Below are positions 45,130 through 53,431 of a stretch of 64,000 bases of DNA, one piece after another. The notes below the pieces were generated by a model that saw only the letters and a list, made by a program, of their open reading frames with translations, searched no databases and was not told where the DNA came from. Source of the DNA: Candidatus Poribacteria bacterium (GTDB lineage Bacteria; Poribacteria; WGA-4E; WGA-3G); assembly GCA_965215265.1 (NCBI GenBank), contig OZ244048.1, forward strand, positions 3,807,812-3,871,811, in the 5' to 3' direction. Position 1 is the stretch's first letter, and each line of letters opens with the position of its first letter. The translations under genes and the position numbers were made by a program.

Positions 45130-45873
45130 ATGATGCGAGAAGAAGATTTAAAAGCACCAGATACGTTGCAGACACCGCATGTGTGCGAAGGCGGCAATCT
45201 CGACTGCGGTTCAGGGCTGCTGCTGTTGATTCGTAAATCAATGGAAGTTGTGCCGGATGGTGAGGTTTTAGAAATTCGCAGCACAGAAATCAGCGTTAAG
45301 GAGGACCTGCCGGCGTGGTGCCGGATGACGAAAAACCCGTATCTAGGGTGGAGGCCGGCACTAGAACATAACAAATACTTTGTACGGCGCGGCGAAGCAG
45401 GGCAGGAGGCAAATGCTGCCTACCAGCAAGCACGAGATTACCGTTGGAGTACCCGAATCCATTGGGATGGTGGCCTGCAGGCGAAGGTTTTCTGTCGGAA
45501 TCACGCTTGGACAGTCGGGCAACCTGCAAGTTTTGATGTGCAGGATGCAGCACCGAGTGCAGTGGAGTATGTCCTCGGTGCCTTGGGCGCGTGCCTCGCG
45601 ATGGGATTTCAGATTCGTGCCTCGCAGCGCAATGTGGAAATTGAGGAATTAGAAATTTCGTTGAGTGGCCAGATCGATAACATTTTCGTTTTCCTTGGCA
45701 CGGAGCAAGATGGGGATAGCGGTTTCAAGGAGATCCGCGGGACCATTTATGTCGACTCGGATGCGGATGAGGAGGTTTTGGAGAAGTTATGGGCAGAAAC
45801 AATCGCTGCGTCGCCTGTGACGAGCACGTTGACACGAAACGTTGAGATGAACGTTGCGTTGCGATTGATTTGA
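45130..45873 (+). CDS. fusion protein: TusA-like N-terminal domain + OsmC/Ohr-like C-terminal domain
   Basis: N-terminus LDCGSGLLLLIRKSMEVVPDGEVLEIRSTE...DLPAWC (TusA-like). C-terminus YVLGALGACLAMGFQIRASQRNVEIEELEISLSGQ (OsmC-like Cys). Confidence 0.5.
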   Translation: MMREEDLKAPDTLQTPHVCEGGNLDCGSGLLLLIRKSMEVVPDGEVLEIRSTEISVKEDLPAWCRMTKNPYLGWRPALEHNKYFVRRGEAGQEANAAYQQARDYRWSTRIHWDGGLQAKVFCRNHAWTVGQPASFDVQDAAPSAVEYVLGALGACLAMGFQIRASQRNVEIEELEISLSGQIDNIFVFLGTEQDGDSGFKEIRGTIYVDSDADEEVLEKLWAETIAASPVTSTLTRNVEMNVALRLI

Positions 45874-45940
45874 AAATGGAAATGCAGAGGTTACCTATAT
45901 TTTCAAGGTAAAACTCGAAAGGTTTAATAGGAAAACGGAT

Positions 45941-46786
45941 ATGACAGAATTTCTTAAGCTGATGATCCCATGTAAGCTGATGATCCCATGGTTGTGGGGC
46001 GATATTGAGTGGATCACGGAAAGTTTTATTACTACCATTTTTTTATGCACGTCGGTGTTAGTAATTCGGTTTTGGAGGAAAACCTTCAATCGATGCAGCT
46101 TAATTGACGGGTTAACCAAATACGTAAGTGAATACTCCAGACCTGCCAATCCAAAGATTCTTCAGAAGTTAAAAGAGGAATTTAATCGGCGCAACGTTGA
46201 ACTCTCCGAAGTGTTGCAGGAATTTGCTGATTCACTCATTACCCGTGAAAAGAATAATAATCAGAAGATCGTGTACAAAACAGACGAGGCCTCTCTTTTT
46301 TTTAGCGAAGACCGGCTGTTAGAGCAACACTTAAACCTCCGCTTTTGGAATAGTGTTCCTGCCCTTTTGGTAGGATTAGGGATTCTTGGCACGTTTGTCG
46401 GGCTTGTTTTCGGACTGCAATCATTTTCAGATATTAATTTTGAGAACACGGATGAGATTCAACGGGCCATTAAACAACTCCTCTCCGGCGTGTCGATTGC
46501 TTTTGTAACCTCCGTTTGGGGCATGCTGTTCTCGCTTCTGTTCAACGCATTGGAAAAGTGGCTTGTTGGCAGAGTCGGCAAGGCGATTGCGGATCTGCAG
46601 CGTGCCTTGGATCGACTTTTTACGCTGACCACCCAAGAGGAGATTTCGTTAAAACAACAAGACGAACTCGCGCAACAGACACGGGCCTTCAAAGAATTGT
46701 CGACGGATTTGGCGAGTGCAATCTTCGATACCTTTTATATCAGGTTATCCGAGACCACTTCAGTTTGGAAAACGTTTTTATCGTGA
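45941..46786 (+). CDS. MotA/TolQ/ExbB-family proton-channel protein with truncated coiled-coil tail (ZorA-like fragment)
   Basis: Signature TM2/TM3 PALLVGLGILGTFVGLVFGL...GVSIAFVTSVWGMLFSLLFNA. Then ~70 aa of coiled coil that runs into the out-of-frame SNF2 C-terminal region. No MotB/ExbD/TolR partner. Confidence 0.5.
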   Translation: MTEFLKLMIPCKLMIPWLWGDIEWITESFITTIFLCTSVLVIRFWRKTFNRCSLIDGLTKYVSEYSRPANPKILQKLKEEFNRRNVELSEVLQEFADSLITREKNNNQKIVYKTDEASLFFSEDRLLEQHLNLRFWNSVPALLVGLGILGTFVGLVFGLQSFSDINFENTDEIQRAIKQLLSGVSIAFVTSVWGMLFSLLFNALEKWLVGRVGKAIADLQRALDRLFTLTTQEEISLKQQDELAQQTRAFKELSTDLASAIFDTFYIRLSETTSVWKTFLS

Positions 46787-47640
46787 ACGGTGAGACACCC
46801 GGGAGTGCACAGCGAGCAGGTACAATGAAAATGAGCCGTCAACAAGCCGTTGATTCCTTTCAGAAAACCGCGGGTTTCAACGCCATCGTCATGTCCCCAC
46901 TTGCAGCGGGAGTTGGGTTAAACATTACAGAAGCGAACCATGTTATTCACTATAGCCGTTGGTGGAATCCTGCAAAAGAAGATCAGGCGAGCGACCGGGT
47001 TTATCGAATTGGACAAAAACGCCGGGTGCATATCTACCTCCCGATGGCAACCCATCCGGAATTTAAAACTTTTGATGTTATCCTACATGAACTCCTTGAG
47101 CGAAAACGCCGGCTGTTGCAAGACACTCTGCTCCCGACAGAACGTGCCGAAGTGAAACCTGTCGAAATTCTAACTAAATTAGACCCAATAACACCTAACA
47201 GAGGAAAAGAGTCCACATTAACGATAGAAGACGTTGACAGGCTAGATCCAAGATTCTTTGAAATTTGTGTCGCTGCACTTTTTCAGAAACAGGGTTATCG
47301 TGTTGAGGTAACGCCTTACTCAGGCGATAAAGGTGCGGATATCGTCGTTTATCCATGTGCAGACGGGAATACTGGATTTCTAATCTAGGTCAAACAACGT
47401 CGGGCGGACGGAAAATCGGCGCGTGATGCTGTCGACGAGATCATTGCGGCGAAGCTGTTTTATGAGGAAAAATATGCCATGTCTTTCAAGCCTCTTGTTA
47501 TTACCAACCGGGAGTTTACCAAAGACGCTCGCGGATACGGTCAGAAGAATCAGGTAAAGATGTACGAACGCAAAGAGTTGAAACGAAATTTAAAGCAATA
47601 TCCCGTGACGTGGCAAGATGTGAACCGGTGCCAGTTCTGA
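46700..47640 (+). pseudogene. remnant: SNF2-helicase C-terminal half fused to Mrr-type (Mrr_cat) endonuclease domain, in-frame TAG at 47386-47388
   Basis: Helicase motifs IV-VI: FNAIVMSPLAAGVGLNITEANHVIHYSRWWNPAKEDQASDRVYRIGQKRRVHIY. Mrr_cat: GDKGADIVVYPCADGNTGFLI*VKQRRADGKSARDAVDEI...FKPLVITNREFTKDA. The N-terminal ATPase half is absent. Confidence 0.6.
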
Positions 47641-47717
47641 TTCTATTGAGATGCAGTCGTTTTTTGTGGTATTCTGACTGCGGAACGACTTAAAATTCTA
47701 ATTGAGGAGCCTATTGA

Positions 47718-47861
47718 ATGCCAGAAAACAAAAACCGCAACCGTTCTACCCATGCCTACACTATAAGGGGCAATACGGCGATTGAGCTCGATCCCGATTG
47801 TGCGGATGCGTTTAAGAAATTTCTCCCCGCGATGGGGATTCATCCCCGCTTGCGGGGATAA
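47718..47861 (+). CDS. small ORF (47 aa), hypothetical
   Basis: ATG with SD GAGGAG 7 nt upstream. 3' end overlaps GC-rich hairpin ATCCCCGCTTGCGGGGAT. Below the ORF-track size cutoff. Confidence 0.3.
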   Translation: MPENKNRNRSTHAYTIRGNTAIELDPDCADAFKKFLPAMGIHPRLRG

Positions 47862-48526
47862 TTCCTTCTGCGGGCGGGGCTTTGCGAAGGCGAACATGGC
47901 ACAATATGCTGAAGCGATACCCGATTACGATATCGCTCGCTATAAAATTCAACCCCAATAAAGCCTTATCATATCATATGCGTGCTGAGGCGAAGGCACA
48001 GTTAGAGAGAACCGGGGAGCCGGAAGCGGATTACTAATCCGCATCGAAAATTGGCGGGTTCAACCCAATATTCGAACTGTTGACGCATCAAGACAAGAGT
48101 AGGATGCCAAAAGAAGGATATCCCGGTCTCATTTTAATGCTGAAAACACTAACTAAGCGGCGGGCACGTCGGTCATGACTGTCTGCAGAACAGCGTCTTT
48201 TTTTATTCATTGTTTTTATTAGAATGTTATAATCTCTCTTGGACTAACTAACTCATGGTGATATGCGGTTAGGATAATTATAGTGAAGTACGGGGTAATT
48301 CCGTTGACAAAACGTCGGTATTTATCGACGAGGGCCCGCCCACCCGGAACCGGGCGGGCTCACCGAAAGCATGCGCCACTTTGCTTATGCCCCAAAGAGG
48401 TTTGTGTCAACGAGACCCGCACCGGCAATCCGTATAGACAGAGAATCATCATCCTTGGCAAATGGACCTCACTATAGTAAAATGATATAGTTTGTGACGC
48501 ATATTCCTAAACGGAGATTATTTTTG

Positions 48527-49678
48527 ATGGTGCTGCAACTCAGTTTTAATTTTAATAGACCTAACAGTTACGCTGTCCATCTTCCTAGCTATGTAGATGA
48601 GTATTGGACAGCGAAACAACGCGCCGGACATTCCCTGCATGAAATTTCATATCGCGCCTGCTACAAGCCGCAGCTACCGGCATATTTTATTCAGAAATTC
48701 TGCAAACAGGGCGCTACGGTCTACGACCCGTTTATGGGACGAGGCACAACCCTGATAGAGGCACAACTCCACGGGCATCGGGTCATCGGCAATGATGTGA
48801 ATCCGTTGTCAAAAATCCTTGCATTGCCGCGCCTCAACCCCCCAACGTTAGCAGAAATCGAAAAACGGTTGCACGAAATCTGTCTCTCTACTGATGCCGA
48901 AATCGACAAGGAATTGCTGGTGTTTTTTCATGAGGATACGCTCCGAGAGATTTACGGGTGGCAGACCTATTTCCAACAGAAGCAACTTGATAGGGTTGAT
49001 ACATGGTTACAAATGGTAGCGTGTAACCGACTGACCGGACATTCTATTGGTTTTTTCTCCGTTTACACCCTTCCGCCGAATCTTGCTGCCTCAGTTGTGG
49101 CACAACGGAAAATTAATGAGATTCGGAGGCAGATCCCGCAATATAGAGATACAAAAGAACTCATACTGAGAAAATCTAAGCAGCTGCTACGGCATAACCT
49201 TCCGGAATGTTTTTGGCGTGATGATGCCCTGCTGCTCACTGAATCTGCCGAGAGAACCTCCCAAATTGAGGACGAATCGGTTGACTTGGTTGTGACTTCG
49301 CCGCCTTTCCTAGATACGATCGACTATAGAAAAGACAATTGGTTACGGATGTGGTTTTGTGGTATAGAACTTGAACCGGACAAAATTTGGCAATTAAAAT
49401 CGCTGGAGGAGTGGGTTGCACGGATGACAGATGTCTTTGTGGAGCTCCGTCGTGTCTTGAAACACGGGGGCCGGATGGCCTTTGAGGTAGGGGAGGTCCG
49501 GAATGGTACTGTCTTTTTAGAAGATGCAGTTGTCAAAGCATCGTTGGATGCCGGACTTATGCCTGAAAAGATCTTGATTAACAAACAGCATTTCACCAAA
49601 ACGGCGAATTGCTGGGGCGTTTCTAATAATAGGAAAGGCACAAACACCAATCGAATCGTTATTTTGCAAAAATGTTAA
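48527..49678 (+). CDS. DNA amino-methyltransferase (N6-adenine/N4-cytosine; motif I N-terminal, motif IV C-terminal)
   Basis: Motif X/I LPAYFIQKF...VYDPFMGRGTT...RVIGNDVNP. Motif IV VVTSPPFLDTIDY. ATG 48527 with SD ACGGAG (ORF track uses GTG 48494). Confidence 0.8.
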   Translation: MVLQLSFNFNRPNSYAVHLPSYVDEYWTAKQRAGHSLHEISYRACYKPQLPAYFIQKFCKQGATVYDPFMGRGTTLIEAQLHGHRVIGNDVNPLSKILALPRLNPPTLAEIEKRLHEICLSTDAEIDKELLVFFHEDTLREIYGWQTYFQQKQLDRVDTWLQMVACNRLTGHSIGFFSVYTLPPNLAASVVAQRKINEIRRQIPQYRDTKELILRKSKQLLRHNLPECFWRDDALLLTESAERTSQIEDESVDLVVTSPPFLDTIDYRKDNWLRMWFCGIELEPDKIWQLKSLEEWVARMTDVFVELRRVLKHGGRMAFEVGEVRNGTVFLEDAVVKASLDAGLMPEKILINKQHFTKTANCWGVSNNRKGTNTNRIVILQKC

Positions 49679-49778
49679 AAATGTTCAAAGGACTGGCTGC
49701 AACGGTTAATGGAATTATCAAGTTAGTTTGGGAAATTCCTACGGAACCGGAACGAAATCGTTAACTAAAGGTAATCCG

Positions 49779-50261
49779 ATGAAACAGCAACCCTCTATAA
49801 GCATCAAGGTCAATCCTGTCCTCTCTGCTGATGAGTTATTCGCCTTCTATAAGCGGAACGACATCTGTGAAGTTGGGTTCGGCAAGGAAATGGCAACGCG
49901 AATCTTGCAGTATCCTCATCTTAGAGTAGGTGCTTTCGCTGAGGGAGAGCTTGTCGGCCTCGCCCGTGCGACGTTCGATGGACTTTCCGCCCACATCATG
50001 GAATTTTCGGTAGATGTGCGACACCAAGGCGACAATACGAAGTACGGCAACGGTTCACTGATTGAAGCAGACCGCGGCGGCGTTGGACAGCAGCTTGGTA
50101 GAGTGCTACTGGATGAACTCAAGCAGATAGGTGCGACGTTTATCACCGGCTACATTGTCGCTAATTGCGAGGAACCTTTTTATAAGTCGCTGGGTTTTTC
50201 GGAAAATGAAGGGCATTTGGTCTATTATATTGACGAGCGGCCCTATATTGCAGAAAACTAA
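49779..50261 (+). CDS. GNAT-family N-acetyltransferase
   Basis: Acetyl-CoA-binding region VGLARATFDGLSAHIMEFSVDVRHQG...GVGQQLGRVLLDEL. ATG 49779 with SD AAAGG. Confidence 0.5.
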   Translation: MKQQPSISIKVNPVLSADELFAFYKRNDICEVGFGKEMATRILQYPHLRVGAFAEGELVGLARATFDGLSAHIMEFSVDVRHQGDNTKYGNGSLIEADRGGVGQQLGRVLLDELKQIGATFITGYIVANCEEPFYKSLGFSENEGHLVYYIDERPYIAEN

Positions 50262-50423
50262 TAAGACTGGTTGAAATTAAAAAAGGAAATTGGTAAAATC
50301 TGGTGTAATCAGGAGCTATGTGAATCGACAAAACGGATTAACTGCTTAATTTTAGTGAATTCGTGTGAAATATGGCAACCTGAAGCGCTCGCCCTTAGAT
50401 GTTGACTTCAAAACAAATTTTTT

Positions 50424-50957
50424 ATGAGAATTAAAAGCAACAAAAACGTCAATCCTATGACCGTTGATAAGGTCCACTGGTTTCTAGCTCTTTTCGATGA
50501 AATCGGCGTTGCAGTCTGGATTGACGGTGGATGGGGTGTTGATGCGTTACTTGGGGAATGCACTCGGGCGCACAAAGATCTGGACATCATTATTTCATGG
50601 GCAGATTCGGCACGACTGACTGATGCACTCTCTGCACGTGGCTTCATTGATATTGATACGGACGACCGCACGCATCTAAACTTCGTGATGGGGCATCAAT
50701 TATACGGATTGATTGACTTTCATGTCATCGAACTGACAAAGGATGGTGCTGGTGTCTACGGTGCTTGGGTTATCTCCAAGTCGGAGTTGAACGCTGTCGG
50801 TTTTATTGGTGGTAGGGAAGTGCAGTGCCTATCTGATGATTACCAAGTTCGCTCGCATACTGGGTATCGCCTGAAAGATACAGACTTTGCTGACCTGCAT
50901 GCCTTACACGAAAAATATGGGGTTGTGCTGCTCGATGAACAGATTAGAGGCTACTAA
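50424..50957 (+). CDS. ANT(2'')/Lnu-family nucleotidyltransferase (aminoglycoside/lincosamide nucleotidyltransferase-like)
   Basis: VAVWIDGGWGVDALLGECTRAHKDLDII parallels ANT(2'')-Ia LPLWIGGGWAIDARLGRVTRKHDDIDL. 177 aa, the same size as that family. Alternative start at 50457. Confidence 0.6.
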   Translation: MRIKSNKNVNPMTVDKVHWFLALFDEIGVAVWIDGGWGVDALLGECTRAHKDLDIIISWADSARLTDALSARGFIDIDTDDRTHLNFVMGHQLYGLIDFHVIELTKDGAGVYGAWVISKSELNAVGFIGGREVQCLSDDYQVRSHTGYRLKDTDFADLHALHEKYGVVLLDEQIRGY

Positions 50958-51029
50958 GTGAGCGGTGATGCTTTCTTCTCTAGTAGATGCTGCACAACAA
51001 AAAGTCTTTGACTGTTCCCTCATAACTGA

Positions 51030-51110
51030 GTATATTCGTATATCTCCGTCCCATAAAGGTTTATGTTTTGTAAATTACTGTATAAATCTCGTCGGAGCCT
51101 CTTGATGTTT
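51030..51110. repeat. family A repeat unit inside RM island
   Basis: GTATATCTCCGTCCCATAAAGG...TGTATAAATCTCGTCGGAGCC. Confidence 0.6.
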
Positions 51111-51210
51111 TGTCTCTAAATTGACTTATCTATGCTATCCAAATGTTTACAGAATAAAGCGATGAACACGACAAACGATAGAAAATCTACCTTTATTATG
51201 GGTTTAACAA

Positions 51211-52230
51211 ATGCCTGACACTGACGCTAATTTACCAATCAATCAAATATTGTGTGGAGATAATTGTCAACTTATCAAAAAATTACCTGACTGCAGCGTT
51301 CAATTGGTAATCACGTCACCTCCGTATTTTCAGCAGCGCGATTACGGCGGCGGAATCGGAAATGAGCAAAATGTCAATCAATACATTGATAGGCTCCTTC
51401 ATCTTTTCCAGGAATGTGTCCGTGTTGTGAAGGAGGACGGTAGCCTGGTATTCAATCTAGGCGATAAATATCAGCACAGCAACCTCCTCCTCGTTCCCTA
51501 TCGCTTTGCAATTGCCGCTACGGAAACAAGCCGGGTCAAACTCGTGAACGAAATCACGTGGGTTAAACGGAATCCTACGCCGCGCCAGTTTCGGCGGCGC
51601 CTCGTGAGCAGCACGGAGCCGTTTTTCCACTTTGTCAAATCGGATGCTTATTTCTATAACCTTGATGCATTCTTGGCTTCGGCACGCACTGACAAAAAGT
51701 CGGGCCCAAAATTGGGTACAAATATTGGGCAGCGGTATTTTGAGCTCATTGCGGATTCAGAGTTATCAGAGGCAGAGAAAACGGCTGCGCGGCGTGAACT
51801 TACAGAAGTCATCCATGAGGTGCGGTGCGGTCAGATACACAGTTTCCGGATGAAAATTCGGGGTGTTCACGCCGAACCGTTCGGCGGGCAAATTGGTGGA
51901 CGCACACTACAGATGAAGAATAAAGGGTTCACGATTATCCGGATGCACGGCAATAAACTCAAGCGAGATGTGATTGAAACGTCGGTTGCTGCCATTAAGG
52001 GAAACAAGCATCCGGCGATTTATCCGGTGGAAATTGTGGAGGAGTTTTTACATCTGCTCACGCGGCCGGGTGCTCTGGTTTTAGATCCGTTTATAGGTTC
52101 CGGTTCAACGGCAGTCGCTTGTCAAAAACTTGGTAGACACTATATCGGCTATGACATTAATCCAGACTACTGCGAGTCTGCACGACAACGAGTTTCAGAT
52201 ATACAAGGCGAAACACCCCATTTATTTTAA
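51211..52230 (+). CDS. DNA methyltransferase, beta-class (N4-cytosine or N6-adenine; PF01555-like)
   Basis: Motif IV VITSPPYF at residue ~33. Motif I VLDPFIGSGSTAVA at the C-terminus. The order IV-to-I defines the beta class. Confidence 0.85.
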   Translation: MPDTDANLPINQILCGDNCQLIKKLPDCSVQLVITSPPYFQQRDYGGGIGNEQNVNQYIDRLLHLFQECVRVVKEDGSLVFNLGDKYQHSNLLLVPYRFAIAATETSRVKLVNEITWVKRNPTPRQFRRRLVSSTEPFFHFVKSDAYFYNLDAFLASARTDKKSGPKLGTNIGQRYFELIADSELSEAEKTAARRELTEVIHEVRCGQIHSFRMKIRGVHAEPFGGQIGGRTLQMKNKGFTIIRMHGNKLKRDVIETSVAAIKGNKHPAIYPVEIVEEFLHLLTRPGALVLDPFIGSGSTAVACQKLGRHYIGYDINPDYCESARQRVSDIQGETPHLF

Positions 52231-52238
52231 GAAAAACT

Positions 52239-53393
52239 ATGAATCACGTACGCACAATTTTAGAGAACGTTTATCAGCGTGCTGAATCAAACAGCATTAA
52301 CACTTCCGATCTTTCCGAAGCCCAACAAAAATGGGTCGAAACGATCGTCAAGAAGGCGGATTCTCATAAAGGGGTTCTCGCTGTACTAATGACTTCCTTA
52401 GTCAAAAAGATTGAAACGCCGACACAAGATGTTCGATTTCACAAAAAGGAGCCGGCAAATGGATATTCAGGAAGAAGTTTTGATAACGAATACGTGACAC
52501 CCTTTATTCTAGAGAAATTTGAGCGCCTTGCTATGAAGGGAGGAAGTGGTTGGTTGACACGTTCGCTTGAACAACCTCATCCCTTCACACTTGATTATCC
52601 AGGTCGGATTCAAGATAAGTTTGTAAAGGAGGCTTTTCTTCAAATCCTCAATGACGTTGAAAAAAACCGGGGAGATCCGGAAAAATACCTTTGTACTGTA
52701 TTCGTTGGCTTAATTGCTTTGATGGAAAGCTACAATGTCAACTTTATTGTATTGGAAAAGAATAATAGGCAATTTGCACAAGCACCACAAAACGAGGCTA
52801 TAACAATTGAAGATATAGTGAATCTTTTAAGACAGCACTTTTCGCACAACTATCGCGTTGCAGGAGCATCACGTCTTCCGGTATTGGCAATTTATTCCGC
52901 TTATGAAGTATTGTTTATGGCAAATAATCGATATAAAGACAAAATACTTTCGCCATTGAAAAGTCATACTACATCAGATGTCAAATCTGGCGGAATTGGC
53001 GACATTGAAGTCTTGGACGAAAATGGCAGTTTTTTCGAAGGTGTTGAAATAAAACATAACATCCCTATTTCAGCAACGTTGGTTAGAGATGCATATCACA
53101 AGTTTGCTCAGAGAACTGTTACCCGTTATTATCTACTCACTACAGCTGAGCCAGATGTTGATGATGTAGATGCAGTAAACTGGATAGTCCGTCAAATTCG
53201 CACTGAACACGGTTGCGAAGTAATCGTCAACGGCATTCTTCCATCATTAAAATACTATCTACGTCTTTTAAAAGATTCAACAATGTTTTTAGCTAAGTAC
53301 ACAGAAAATCTTCAGTTAGATGCTAAGCGGAATGCCGACATTAAGGAAATTCACTTACGTTACTGGAAAGATTTGTTAGATTCTTTGGTATAA
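52239..53393 (+). CDS. putative Type II restriction endonuclease (PD-(D/E)XK)
   Basis: Starts 8 nt after the MTase stop. Candidate catalytic motif GIGDIEV...EGVEIKH (D...E-x-K). No other recognisable family. Confidence 0.5.
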   Translation: MNHVRTILENVYQRAESNSINTSDLSEAQQKWVETIVKKADSHKGVLAVLMTSLVKKIETPTQDVRFHKKEPANGYSGRSFDNEYVTPFILEKFERLAMKGGSGWLTRSLEQPHPFTLDYPGRIQDKFVKEAFLQILNDVEKNRGDPEKYLCTVFVGLIALMESYNVNFIVLEKNNRQFAQAPQNEAITIEDIVNLLRQHFSHNYRVAGASRLPVLAIYSAYEVLFMANNRYKDKILSPLKSHTTSDVKSGGIGDIEVLDENGSFFEGVEIKHNIPISATLVRDAYHKFAQRTVTRYYLLTTAEPDVDDVDAVNWIVRQIRTEHGCEVIVNGILPSLKYYLRLLKDSTMFLAKYTENLQLDAKRNADIKEIHLRYWKDLLDSLV

Positions 53394-53431
53394 AAATTGG
53401 CTCAACCTGAGCGTATAGAAGGTCTTCAATA

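Noticed and set aside
48177-48204. Rho-independent terminator at GACTGTCTGCAGAACAGCGTCTTTTTTT
   Set aside because: A T-tract is present but the preceding stem is only 4 bp (CTGT/ACAG). Too weak to annotate.
48283-48477. 64-aa ORF in the 47.6-48.5 kb gap
   Set aside because: No SD. Arg/Pro-rich. Overlaps a GC-rich hairpin. More likely non-coding.
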